Assembly (NCBI GenBank): GCA_963796685.1
Contig: CAWCMR010000025.1
Location: forward strand, 1,152,001-1,216,000
Source of the DNA: an uncultured delta proteobacterium
GTDB lineage: Bacteria; Myxococcota_A; Polyangia; Fen-1088
Direction: 5' to 3'
Length of the DNA: 64,000 nt
Both the position numbers and the translations under genes were made by a program. Positions 9,409 through 18,968 of the stretch are shown piece after piece. The number at the start of each line of letters is the position of its first letter. The stretch's first letter is position 1. The notes beneath the pieces are model-generated. The model saw nothing but the letters and a program-made list of their open reading frames with translations. It searched no databases and was not told where the DNA came from.

Positions 9409-11385
9409 ATGGCCGGACCATCTGCCGATCGCATCACCGAGTGGGAAGGCGGCTCCCTGAGCGAGCTCGTGTCCATGCTCCAGTCCGCGGCCCTGCCGGT
9501 TCGCATCGAGGTCATCGCGCCGGGGACGACCGGGAGCAACGCGGGCGAGGTTCATTTGCTGGCGGGGGGCCTCGCCGATGCGTTCGCAGGTAGCTTGCGC
9601 CGCGACGATGCGATGGCGGCCCTGCAGCGCCTGGAAGGGGCTCGCTACGTGGTCGAGTGCCGGCTCCCCAATCCGGAGTCCGGATCCCTGAGCGAGCCCG
9701 GCCCGCACGACGGGAGCCTGAAAGATCGCCCTCTCGCGTCGCTGATGCGCTACTGCGAGGACTATGTCCTGACCTGCAGACTGGAAGTCTGGCGAGGCCA
9801 GGATCGGGCCGTGATCAGCTATCGGCGCGGGGAAATCATCGGTACCACCGTGGGTGGAAGCGAAGGCTCGGACCGCCTACCCGAAGTGCTGGCGTGGACC
9901 GACGGTTCCTATGAGATCATCTTGCCCGCGCCCGTTCTGCCCCAGATGCCGTCGCGTGGCCGCGATGCTGCGGGGGCGCGAGCGGAGCGGAAGCGCCACA
10001 CGACCCTGCCCATGATGCCCGGCCCGGACGGGAGGCTCGACCCTGAAAGCCCAAAGGGCGCGCCTGCCGGAGCGGGCGCGGCGGCTGGCGCCGCAACCAA
10101 CCTGCGCCCGGCTACACCCCCACCCGTGCGGCCGTCCCTTTCCCAGGCCCCTGTGCAACATGTCAGCACCGCACCGTCGAGTGCCGCCGCGCAGAAGGCT
10201 CCGGCCCGACAGCCCGCGCCCGCCGCGGTCGCGCCAAGGCCGATCGCCGTTTCCTTTGCGTCGCCTTTGCAACCTGAGATGACCACGCGGGGAACGCCTC
10301 CTGTTCCTGCTGTGCCGCTGGTGCCTTCCCCGGCGCCGCAACCCGCCGCGAATCCCACTGTGTCAGGCAAGGCAGTGCCGTTGGTCTCGCCCAAGGCGGC
10401 CTCGCCAGCCCAGGTCAAAGCCCCCGCACCAGCGGCCCAACCCGCGCGCAAGCCTGCGGCTCAGCAACCCGCGGCCCAACCGCTGCAGAAGCCGGCCGTC
10501 GCCCAGCCCGCCCCTTCGCCTCTCCAGAAGCAGAAGCCGGCCGCCGTCCAGCCCGCCCCTTCGCCTCTCCAGAAGCCGGCCGCCGCCCAGCCCGCCCCTT
10601 TGCCTCTCCAGAAGCCGGCCGCCGCCCAGCCCGCCCCTTTGCCTCTCCAGAAGCCGGCCGCCGCCCAGCCCGCCCCTTCACCTCTCCAGAAGCCGGCCGC
10701 CGCCCAGCCCGCCCCTTTGCATCTCCAGAAGCCGGCCGCCGCCCAGCCCGCCCCTTCGCCTCTCCAGAAGCCGGCCGCCGCCCAGCCCGCCCCTTCGCCT
10801 CTCCAGAAGCCGGCCACCGTCGCCCAGCCCGCCCCTTCGCCTCTCCAGAAGCCGGTCGTCGCCCAGCCTGAGCGAAAGCCAACTCCTCTGTCGGTTCAAC
10901 CTTCCGTCCAACCTTCGCAAAGGCCCACCCCGCTGGTGGCCCAACCCGGGCCCCAAGCCCCCCTCAAGCCCGGCGCCCCTGTCCAGGCCACCGCCCAACA
11001 TCCCGAGCAACCCGCACCCCACGAGGACAAGCCTCTGGCTGCCCCCGCGCGTCCATCCAAGCCAGGCTCTTCACCGGCGACTTCCAACGATCTGCTGCCC
11101 GCCTCGGGAACCATCGAGGCGAAACCCAAGCATGCGAACTACCTTCCCCCGACCACGCCCCCCATCCAGATCGCGGATGAGCCGCAGATAGCCTCGACCG
11201 TGCAGCCAGCGACCCCGGTCTTCGTGCAAAGCCGGCAGCCCAAGCCTCGGCGCGCGCGCGCGGCCCCCAGGAAAGGGATGGGCGAGCGCCCGGTGCGGGT
11301 CTACGTCCTGCTGGGCCTTGCCATCGGCGCGGCCGTCGTGCTGGGTTACTGGGCCTACTGGTATTTGCTGCTCGGCCGCCACTAG
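9409..11385 (+). CDS. DUF4388-like N-terminal domains, long Pro/Ala/Gln linker and C-terminal TM anchor
   Basis: GSL...LASLMRYCE...ISYRRGEI...VLAWTDGSYEI; hydrophobic C-terminus. Confidence 0.7.
   Translation: MAGPSADRITEWEGGSLSELVSMLQSAALPVRIEVIAPGTTGSNAGEVHLLAGGLADAFAGSLRRDDAMAALQRLEGARYVVECRLPNPESGSLSEPGPHDGSLKDRPLASLMRYCEDYVLTCRLEVWRGQDRAVISYRRGEIIGTTVGGSEGSDRLPEVLAWTDGSYEIILPAPVLPQMPSRGRDAAGARAERKRHTTLPMMPGPDGRLDPESPKGAPAGAGAAAGAATNLRPATPPPVRPSLSQAPVQHVSTAPSSAAAQKAPARQPAPAAVAPRPIAVSFASPLQPEMTTRGTPPVPAVPLVPSPAPQPAANPTVSGKAVPLVSPKAASPAQVKAPAPAAQPARKPAAQQPAAQPLQKPAVAQPAPSPLQKQKPAAVQPAPSPLQKPAAAQPAPLPLQKPAAAQPAPLPLQKPAAAQPAPSPLQKPAAAQPAPLHLQKPAAAQPAPSPLQKPAAAQPAPSPLQKPATVAQPAPSPLQKPVVAQPERKPTPLSVQPSVQPSQRPTPLVAQPGPQAPLKPGAPVQATAQHPEQPAPHEDKPLAAPARPSKPGSSPATSNDLLPASGTIEAKPKHANYLPPTTPPIQIADEPQIASTVQPATPVFVQSRQPKPRRARAAPRKGMGERPVRVYVLLGLAIGAAVVLGYWAYWYLLLGRH
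10486..10869. repeat. 39-bp in-frame tandem repeat (KPAAAQPAPSPLQ, about 9-10 units)
   Basis: CAGAAGCCGGCCGCCGCCCAGCCCGCCCCTTCGCCTCTC repeated with few variants. Confidence 0.95.
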
Positions 11386-11444
11386 TGCACCGAACGGGTT
11401 GAATGCTGTGCAGAATCGAGAGCTTGCGAAGTACTCGGAAGGTT

Positions 11445-11568
11445 CACCTCGCCCCGCGAAGCGGGGAGAGGTCGACGCGCGAAGCGCGTCGGGTGAGGGG
11501 TTCGGCCATGCGAGAGAGTGCGCTGACCCCTCACCCTAGCCCTCTCCCCGCTGCGCGGGGCGAGGGGA
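11445..11568. repeat. pair of inverted REP-like palindromes
   Basis: CCTCGCCCCGCGAAGCGGGGAGAGG...GGGTGAGGGG and CCCCTCACCCTAGCCCTCTCCCCGCTGCGCGGGGCGAGGGG. Confidence 0.75.
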
Positions 11569-11655
11569 TTGGAGCGCGCACGTGCGTAGCAACTTCTTGA
11601 ATTCCCGGCACTTTCGAACCGTTCGGTGCTCTAGGCTTGGCAGGGTGGAAAGACC

Positions 11656-12402
11656 GTGAGCTTTTTCGCTGACATCGCTGACGTCTATCGCAAGACGAAG
11701 AAGCCGAAGGACATCCTGTGGAATCGCTTCGTGGCCCGGCCCCTGGCGGCGACCCTGCTGGTCCCCCTGGCCAAGAGCCGAATCACGCCCAATCAGATCA
11801 CGTTCGTGTCGCTTTTGACCTTCGTGGTCGCCATGGTCATGCTGGCGCTCGCTCGCGGGCACCTTGGGCTCGTGGGCGCGGTCCTGATCCTGGAGCTCTC
11901 CTACATCCTCGACTGCACCGATGGTCAGCTTGCCCGTCTCAAGCACAAGGCTTCGCCGGTGGGAGCACACCTGGACTTTCTGATGGACGAGCTCAAGGCC
12001 TTCCTGCTCGTGGCCGCCACCGGCATTCGGTTGTGGCAAGCGGACGGCCATGAATTCTGGCTGGTCGAGGCCTTGCTTGGGCTGGCGGTGGTGGCCAGCG
12101 CCATCAGCCTGACCACGTTCATCCGCCGGCCCGAGTACCTGTCGGCCACGGGCGCGGCCAGACCGCAATCGGCGGGCGACTACGGAGACGGATTTGCGGC
12201 CGCACAGAAGCCGGCGCGCCCGACCTCGCTGTTCGGTCTCGTCGAAGAGCTGGGCCGTTTCCTCATCCACTACCCGAGCTACCTCGTGTTCGTGGCCATC
12301 GCGGATCAGCTCGACGTGTTCCTGCACGTGTACCTCGCCATCAACGCCGCCTACGCCGCGCGCTCGCTGCTCGGCGTGGTGCTGAAGCTGGGACGGCCGT
12401 GA
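11656..12402 (+). CDS. CDP-alcohol phosphatidyltransferase family protein
   Basis: TPNQIT; DCTDGQLAR...GAHLDFLMD signature. Confidence 0.92.
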   Translation: MSFFADIADVYRKTKKPKDILWNRFVARPLAATLLVPLAKSRITPNQITFVSLLTFVVAMVMLALARGHLGLVGAVLILELSYILDCTDGQLARLKHKASPVGAHLDFLMDELKAFLLVAATGIRLWQADGHEFWLVEALLGLAVVASAISLTTFIRRPEYLSATGAARPQSAGDYGDGFAAAQKPARPTSLFGLVEELGRFLIHYPSYLVFVAIADQLDVFLHVYLAINAAYAARSLLGVVLKLGRP

Positions 12403-13208
12403 ATTCCCCTCGCGCCAAGGCCATCATCGTCGCTGCCGGGCGGGGTCGCCGTCTGGGGGAGAACACGGCCGAGATCCCCAAGTGCATGGTGCGCGTAAAC
12501 GGCCAGCCCATCTTGCACTGGCAACTGCACGCCTTCGCTGCGGCCGGGATTCGCGACATCGTCATCGTGCGCGGCTACCTGGGCGACCGCATCGATGCGG
12601 GCGCCTTTCCGGTGCGCTTCGTCGACAACCCGGAATGGGCGAGCAACAACATCTTGACCTCGTTGATGTACGCCGCGGCCGAGCTGGCCGGCGGCTTCTA
12701 TTTTTCCTACTGCGACATCGTGTACGCACCGAGCGTGGTCGCCCGACTCGCGGCGACCGCGCGCGAGCCGGCGTCGGCCACGCTGGTCATCGACCGACGC
12801 TGGGCCGACGCTTACCAGGGGCGTACCCTGCACCCCGTGTCCGAGGCCGAGCTGACGGCGATCGAATCGACGGGGCCAGCCGGACCAAGCCGCGTGGTCC
12901 AAGTCGGCAAGGGCGCGGTCCCGGCCGAGCTGGCCGTGGGCGAATTCATCGGCCTTGCCCACTTTTCGCACGCAGGGGCGGCGGCCCTGGCCAAGACCTG
13001 GCAGGAGGCGCTCGGCGCGGGCGGCCTCGACGCTCCCTTCGGCCGGGCAAAGACCCTGCGCCAGGCCTACCTAACCGATGCGCTCAACGCCATGGCCGGG
13101 GTGGGCGAGCGGCTGGCTCCGGTTTTCATCGACGGCGAGTGGCGCGAGATCGACACCCAGCAGGATCTGGCGGCGGCCGAGCGCTCCGCCAAGCTGTGGA
13201 CTGGCTGA
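12399..13208 (+). CDS. LicC-like nucleotidyltransferase (cytidylyltransferase family)
   Basis: AAGRGRRL...IPKCM; EFIGL; WREIDTQQDL; GTGA overlap with the upstream gene. Confidence 0.88.
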   Translation: MNSPRAKAIIVAAGRGRRLGENTAEIPKCMVRVNGQPILHWQLHAFAAAGIRDIVIVRGYLGDRIDAGAFPVRFVDNPEWASNNILTSLMYAAAELAGGFYFSYCDIVYAPSVVARLAATAREPASATLVIDRRWADAYQGRTLHPVSEAELTAIESTGPAGPSRVVQVGKGAVPAELAVGEFIGLAHFSHAGAAALAKTWQEALGAGGLDAPFGRAKTLRQAYLTDALNAMAGVGERLAPVFIDGEWREIDTQQDLAAAERSAKLWTG

Positions 13209-13259
13209 TCGCTGGCAACCCGAGCTGCCGCGGGGCAGGCGCGGCTGCTATCATGAACG

Positions 13260-14165
13260 ATGGTGGCAGCGGAAGTCCCGACCGAAGCCGTTGTGCGTGC
13301 CTCTCCCGACCGTGGACAGGCCGAGTCCTGGACCTTGGTCCTGGAGGCGATGGCCATTCCGCATCGTGTGGTTCCGACCGACATCGGCTTCGCCGTCATG
13401 GTGCCACCGAAGATGGTGGCACCCGCCATAGCGGCGCTCGATGCCCAGGACAAGGAGGCCGAAGAGGGACCGGTGGTCGAGGTCGCACCCCCGGACCATG
13501 GGCCGTCCTTCGTGGGCACGGGCATTGCCGTCACGCTGATAGCGTTCTTCGTGGTGACCGGGCCGCTTTCGGGTCCCGACCTCGCGGGCTGGTTCCGCAA
13601 CGGCAGCGCGGTCTCGCATGCCATCGTCAGCAACCACGAGGTGTGGCGCGCGGTTACCGCGCTCACCTTGCACGTGGATACCATGCACGTCGCGGGCAAC
13701 GCCATCGCAAGCCTGCTCTTCGTCAGCGCGCTCGGGCGCTGGCTGGGAGGTGGGCTGGCCGTCCTCGTCACCCTGCTGGCCGGGATCGCGGGAAACCTGC
13801 TGACAGCCTGCATCTACTACAAGACGTCGCACGACGTGGTCGGGGCATCGACCGCGACCTTCGGTGCCCTGGGAGTGCTGGGCGGGCTGCAGCTCGTGCG
13901 GCGCTTTCGCCCGCGCGGCGTGGGGCGCTTCCGACGGGCCCTGCTCGGCATCGCGGCGGCCCTGGGACTGCTGGCCATGCTGGGCATGGGCGAGCGCGCG
14001 GACGTGGTGGCCCACGCCACGGGCACGGGTTTCGGCGTCCTCTTCGGCGCGCTGCTTGGCTTTCGCCTCAAGCAGCCCGTGCGAGCCCTCGGCCAGGCCT
14101 TGGCGCTGCTGAGCGCCGTCGCCATCATCGCCGGCGCATGGCTCTTGGCATTCCACCCCCTGTGA
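13260..14165 (+). CDS. rhomboid-family intramembrane serine protease
   Basis: WRAVTALTLH...HVAGN; GAST catalytic motif; AHATG. Confidence 0.9.
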   Translation: MVAAEVPTEAVVRASPDRGQAESWTLVLEAMAIPHRVVPTDIGFAVMVPPKMVAPAIAALDAQDKEAEEGPVVEVAPPDHGPSFVGTGIAVTLIAFFVVTGPLSGPDLAGWFRNGSAVSHAIVSNHEVWRAVTALTLHVDTMHVAGNAIASLLFVSALGRWLGGGLAVLVTLLAGIAGNLLTACIYYKTSHDVVGASTATFGALGVLGGLQLVRRFRPRGVGRFRRALLGIAAALGLLAMLGMGERADVVAHATGTGFGVLFGALLGFRLKQPVRALGQALALLSAVAIIAGAWLLAFHPL

Positions 14166-14187
14166 GATCTGCTGCTACTATTCGGCC

Positions 14188-15621
14188 GTGAAGAACCGTT
14201 CGCCAGCCGAGAACCAGGTCAGCAACACCCAACTGCACCGGACCATCGCCAATCTGCGCGAGGAGTTCGCGGACAAGCTTTCCGCGCTGGTCGGCGTCCC
14301 CTCGGTCAGCATGGAGCCCGATCGCCACACCGAGGTTCGCCGCTGCGCCGAGCTCGCCTGCGCCTACCTGCGCGCAAGCGGCGCCGAGGCCCAGGTCATC
14401 GAGACCAAGGGTCTGCCCCTGGTCCTCGGACGCGTCATCCAGAATCCCGCTTTCCCGACGGTGACGATCTACAACCACCTCGACGTGCAGCCGGCCGACA
14501 GCGAGGGTTGGCGAACCAACCCGTTCGTGCTCGAAGCCATCGACGAGCGCTACCACGGCCGCGGCGCCACCGACGACAAGGGACCGGCGCTGACCGCGCT
14601 CTTCGCCGTCCGCTTGGCCCTGGCGGCGTCGGTGAAGCTCAATTTCCAGTTCTTGTGGGAGTGCGAGGAGGAGATCGGTAGCCCGAGCTTCGCGACCGCC
14701 CTGGCTGCCCTGGTCAAGGCGCAACCCGGTCTGGGCACGGATTCGATCGTGGTTTCGGACACCATCTGGCCCTCTGCCAACCAGCCCGCCATCCCGGTCG
14801 GTCTGCGCGGGCTGCTTGCCTTCCTGGTGCGCCTGCAGACCGGCGACAAGGCCGTTCACTCGGGCACGACGGGCGGGGCGGCCCGCAATCCCGTGGGCGA
14901 GCTGTGCGCGCTCATCGCCGCGTGCTACGACGCCCGGACAGGCAAGGTTCGCATTCCGGGCTTCTACGGGGGCATCCGCAAGCCGTCGGCAAGCGAGCGC
15001 CGGGAGCTCGCGCGCGCGGGCTTCGCGCGCAAGGATTTCCAAAAGGCGCACGGCCTGCGCAGCCTGCGCTTTGCCGACGATGCTCGCCTGCGCCAGGCCA
15101 TCATGACCGAGCCCACCTTCGAGGTGCACGGCCTGACAGGCGGCTACGTGGGTCCAGGCGTCAAGACCATCGTGCCCCACAAGGCCGAGGCCAAGCTCTC
15201 GTGTCGCCTGGTACCGGGCCAGGAGCCGAGGGAGGTCTTCCGCCGTATCAAGCGCTTCATCGGTCGGGAGTGCCCGGACGCCGAGGTCGTGTTCGACGCG
15301 GCCCTTGAGCCCTACCTTGCGGACTCCAAAGGTCCTTTTTTGCAAGCCGCGCTGCGCGCTACCAAGGAAACCTTCGGCAAGGAAGCCGCGCTCACCCGCG
15401 AGGGCGGCTCGATTGGCGCGGTGGTCACCATGGCCAGGCTCCTGCGCAAGGAGGTCGTGCTCCTCGGCCTTTCCTTGCCCGAGGACGGGTACCACGCCAT
15501 CAACGAGAGCTTCTCGTGGCGACAGGCCGAAAACGGCATGGCCATGTTCTATCGCTACTTCCACAACCTGGCCGCCATCGATCCACGCCGCCGGCAAAGC
15601 CGGGTTGCACGACGGCAATAG
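14188..15621 (+). CDS. M20-family metallopeptidase (dipeptidase-like)
   Basis: YNHLDVQP, GRGATDDKG, EEEIGS and YHAINE motifs. Confidence 0.92.
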   Translation: MKNRSPAENQVSNTQLHRTIANLREEFADKLSALVGVPSVSMEPDRHTEVRRCAELACAYLRASGAEAQVIETKGLPLVLGRVIQNPAFPTVTIYNHLDVQPADSEGWRTNPFVLEAIDERYHGRGATDDKGPALTALFAVRLALAASVKLNFQFLWECEEEIGSPSFATALAALVKAQPGLGTDSIVVSDTIWPSANQPAIPVGLRGLLAFLVRLQTGDKAVHSGTTGGAARNPVGELCALIAACYDARTGKVRIPGFYGGIRKPSASERRELARAGFARKDFQKAHGLRSLRFADDARLRQAIMTEPTFEVHGLTGGYVGPGVKTIVPHKAEAKLSCRLVPGQEPREVFRRIKRFIGRECPDAEVVFDAALEPYLADSKGPFLQAALRATKETFGKEAALTREGGSIGAVVTMARLLRKEVVLLGLSLPEDGYHAINESFSWRQAENGMAMFYRYFHNLAAIDPRRRQSRVARRQ

Positions 15622-15638
15622 CCGGGTACATTCTGTAC

Positions 15639-16085
15639 ATGACGGCGGCTACGGGAAAATCGGCCAGCGCGCCCAATCGGCGCACGGCGTGGAAGATTCT
15701 TCTTACCGTGTTGGTTTCGGCGGTCGCCGTATCGGGCCTCCTGTGGGCGTCGCTGGGCGAGGGTGCCGAGTATTACAAGCACGTGGACGAAGCGCTGGCG
15801 AGCCAGTCGCACCTTTTCGGCAAGCGGTTGCGCGTGCACGGCAACGTCGTGGATGGCTCGCTGGTGCACCAGGCCGGCACCCTCGACTACCGTTTCGTGA
15901 TGGAGAGCAAGGCGCCGCGCAATCACGCCACGCTGCCCGTGGACTTCCACGGCATTCCGCCCGATTTGTTCAAGCCTGGCGCCGAGGTCATTGCGGCCGG
16001 TGTGCTGGGCAAGGACGGCATGCTGCGCTCGGATCGCATCGAGACCAAGTGCCCGTCGAAGTACGAGACCCAGGCCACGAAATAG
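15639..16085 (+). CDS. ccmE: cytochrome c maturation heme chaperone, CxxxY type
   Basis: N-terminal TM; LRVHGNV; GIPPDLFKPG; TKCPSKY. Confidence 0.88.
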   Translation: MTAATGKSASAPNRRTAWKILLTVLVSAVAVSGLLWASLGEGAEYYKHVDEALASQSHLFGKRLRVHGNVVDGSLVHQAGTLDYRFVMESKAPRNHATLPVDFHGIPPDLFKPGAEVIAAGVLGKDGMLRSDRIETKCPSKYETQATK

Positions 16086-16178
16086 CCCTCCCACGCCCGC
16101 TACGCGGGGCGGAGTGGTTTCAGATACATGCTGGGTGCATTCCGGGCGGTGAGAATGTAGAAATCGGCGAGATTCGCC

Positions 16179-17360
16179 ATGCCAGTGGATAGCCAGGCAA
16201 AACCGCGCACCGCGCCCGCCGACAAGCGCCACAACCATGCCCTGGATGGCTTGCGCTTCCTCGCCTTTCTCTTGGTCTTCTTCTTCCACGCCTTGCAGCG
16301 AAGTCCCTGGGGAAATTGGCCGATCATCCGCTTCGGCTATCTCGGCGTGCCCATTTTCTTCGTGCTGTCGGGGTTCCTGATTGGCGGAATTCTGCTCGAC
16401 CTCAAGGACAAGACAGGACCGGGGTTCGGGCTCGGTGCCAAGCTCAAGACCTTCTACATCCGGCGGGCTTTGCGCATCTTCCCGGTCTACTACCTCTTCA
16501 TCGCGATCCTTGCCGTGTTCTTCCTGCTATCGGGCCGCCCGGATCCTGTCGCCAGCGACAGCTTTTTCTGGCACCTCGCGTACCTGACCAATTTCCGCTC
16601 CTTCTTCGTAGGCATGGATCGCATCCGCGAAGGCCACTTCTGGAGCCTGGCCGTGGAGGAGCACTTCTACCTGATCGCCCCCTTGGTGGTGCTCCTGGTC
16701 AAGCCGCGCACGCTGGTGCGCCTGCTCGCCGGGATCATCGTGGCCGTGGCGGTGGCCCGCGCGCTCATCGACCATTCCGGCTCCAGCCGCGATTTCTGGG
16801 TGCTCTCGCCCATGCAATTCGACCTGCTCGGGCTCGGCATCGCCACCGCCATCATCGAGCGCAAGGGCCGGTTCGCCGGCATCGGCGCCCGCGGACTGCG
16901 CTGGATGGGCATGGCTGGCGCCATCTTCTTCGCCCTCTTCATCGCGCATTTCTATTGGCCCGTGCACGGCACCGGTGGTCTCTTCGCCACGTTCGGTCCC
17001 ATTTCCCTTGGTCTGGCCACGGCGGCGCTGGTGCTGACCTTGTGGCAGCGGCCGGGCTGGTTTCCGTCGCGCGTCCTGGGCGTGCGCCCCTTCGCCTACT
17101 TCGGCCAGATAAGCTACGGTCTCTATCTTTTCCATCCCAATTGCCTGGGTTGGTCCAGCCGCTACTACGGTACCTACAATCTGCCCAACGCGTGCGCCGG
17201 GCTCGCCATCACCCTTGCCGTCGCCATGCTGTCCTGGCATCTGTTCGAAAAGCCCATCAACAACCTCAAGAACCGCTTCACGTACGTTGAAAAGCGGGCG
17301 AGCAGGCGGCCGGCGGCCGAGCCCGCCGCCGCCCGATCCATGCCCCTGCCCGAATCGTAG
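16179..17360 (+). CDS. acyltransferase-3 (OafA-like) membrane O-acyltransferase
   Basis: LDGLR, FFVLSGFLI, RRALRIFP, HFWSLAVEEHFY and ISYGLYLFH motifs. Confidence 0.92.
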   Translation: MPVDSQAKPRTAPADKRHNHALDGLRFLAFLLVFFFHALQRSPWGNWPIIRFGYLGVPIFFVLSGFLIGGILLDLKDKTGPGFGLGAKLKTFYIRRALRIFPVYYLFIAILAVFFLLSGRPDPVASDSFFWHLAYLTNFRSFFVGMDRIREGHFWSLAVEEHFYLIAPLVVLLVKPRTLVRLLAGIIVAVAVARALIDHSGSSRDFWVLSPMQFDLLGLGIATAIIERKGRFAGIGARGLRWMGMAGAIFFALFIAHFYWPVHGTGGLFATFGPISLGLATAALVLTLWQRPGWFPSRVLGVRPFAYFGQISYGLYLFHPNCLGWSSRYYGTYNLPNACAGLAITLAVAMLSWHLFEKPINNLKNRFTYVEKRASRRPAAEPAAARSMPLPES

Positions 17361-18851
17361 TTAGACGTACTTGAGGCCGTCGACCACCTGCTGGCGCGAG
17401 GCCCGCTTGGCCGGATAGAGCGTGGCCAAAAGACAGATGATCTGGGTGGCGCCGGCGACCAACAGGATTTCGTGCGCCGACACCTCGACGGGCAAGCGCG
17501 CGATCAAGTACACCTTGGGATCCAAGGGATAGCCGTAGAGCGCGGCCAGGCCGCACATGGCTAGCCCGTAGGCGATCCCGAGCCCGGTTCCCACGAAGCC
17601 CACGATGCTGCCCGACACCAGGAAGAGGCGCAGCAGCGAGCCCCGGCGCGCGCCCATGGCCGCGAGGATGGAGACCTCGCGCACCTTGGATAGAACGACC
17701 AGCGTCAGCGAAGCCAGAATGTTGAACGCCGCCACCACGGTGATGAGCACGAGCAGGAGCGAGATGATGACCTTCTGCATGGTGAGGGCCATGAAGAGGT
17801 TCTTGTTCAGGGTCTTCCAGTCGATGACCCGGCGGTCCGGTCCAAGTCGCGCCTCCACCGCATCCTCGAGCCGCAAAGCCTGCATCGGGTCGGAGAAGCG
17901 CAGCTCCACGCCGAAGATGGACTCGCGGGCGTTGCCCAGGCGCTTGGCGTCCTCGATGGGAATGAAGCCCAGGCGTGCGTCGTACTCTTGAAAACCGAAG
18001 GAGGAGATGCCGACGACGCGAAAAGTATACGCGCTGGGTCCGGACTCGAAGCCGCCGGAGAAGGGCACCAGCACCTGGATGCAATCGCCGACCGTGGCGT
18101 GGACCTTGTGGGCCAGCTCGCTGCCCAGGATGAGGCGCCCGACCATTCCCTTGCGGCCGCCCGATCCTTCGCTGCCCGGGCACGTGGCCGGGTTGTCGAG
18201 ATCGTCGACCGAGCCCGCGACCAGCGCCCGCCGGAGCTCGGGCACACCCTCGGAGACTTCCACGCCCTTGAGGTTGGCGCCGATTTTGCCAATCATCACC
18301 TCGCCGGCCGTGAAGCTGAACCGCGAGGTGCGGACCAGACCCGGAAAACCGACCATCTCGGCGCGGATTTTTTGCGCGTCTCGCTCGGCCTCATCGACAT
18401 CGCGCTCGAGCCCATAGGAGGTCACGATGAGATGGGCGTTCACCGCCTGGACCTTCTCCTGGAATTCGCGCTCGAACCCGCTGGTCACGGACAGCACCAC
18501 CACCAGCGAGGCCACGCCGAGCATCACGCCCACGGTGGAGACCGTCGTGAAGACCGAGAACAGGCGAAGAAGCACGAACAGAATCGTGGCCAGCAGGGCC
18601 ACCAACGCGACGATCACGCTGAAGGTTTCGAGGGTGCGGTGATGGCTGCGCGTGGCCAGGACCATGGCGAAATCCACCATCGTGATCGCCAGGGCGACGA
18701 AGGGACCGAACCGCACGACGCGCGACTTGGACTGCCGGCGCAGGTAGCGGGTGCCCACGAATCGTTCGAAGCCAAACCCGAGGAGCAGGGAAAGGCTGGC
18801 GACGAGGGCCAGTAGCCCGGCGGCAAGGATCCCCGTGATGACAGCAGCCAT
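17361..18851 (-). CDS. LolC/E-family ABC transporter permease
   Basis: VVVLSVTSGFE, DWKTLNKNLF, VAAFNI and LYPAKRAS motifs. Confidence 0.88.
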   Translation of the reverse strand: MAAVITGILAAGLLALVASLSLLLGFGFERFVGTRYLRRQSKSRVVRFGPFVALAITMVDFAMVLATRSHHRTLETFSVIVALVALLATILFVLLRLFSVFTTVSTVGVMLGVASLVVVLSVTSGFEREFQEKVQAVNAHLIVTSYGLERDVDEAERDAQKIRAEMVGFPGLVRTSRFSFTAGEVMIGKIGANLKGVEVSEGVPELRRALVAGSVDDLDNPATCPGSEGSGGRKGMVGRLILGSELAHKVHATVGDCIQVLVPFSGGFESGPSAYTFRVVGISSFGFQEYDARLGFIPIEDAKRLGNARESIFGVELRFSDPMQALRLEDAVEARLGPDRRVIDWKTLNKNLFMALTMQKVIISLLLVLITVVAAFNILASLTLVVLSKVREVSILAAMGARRGSLLRLFLVSGSIVGFVGTGLGIAYGLAMCGLAALYGYPLDPKVYLIARLPVEVSAHEILLVAGATQIICLLATLYPAKRASRQQVVDGLKYV

Positions 18852-18968
18852 GGTGCGTGCAAGCTACGGGACGAGGTCGCATCGGTCAAACACGTCCTTC
18901 GTCAAGGACGCATACTTGCCTAAGGTTCCTTGACAGGCCTTGCCGCCGCCACATACCGTTCTACCTGG

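Noticed and set aside
10486-10869. Possible CRISPR array
   Set aside because: Units are contiguous with no unique spacers and are in-frame coding repeats; no cas genes were seen.
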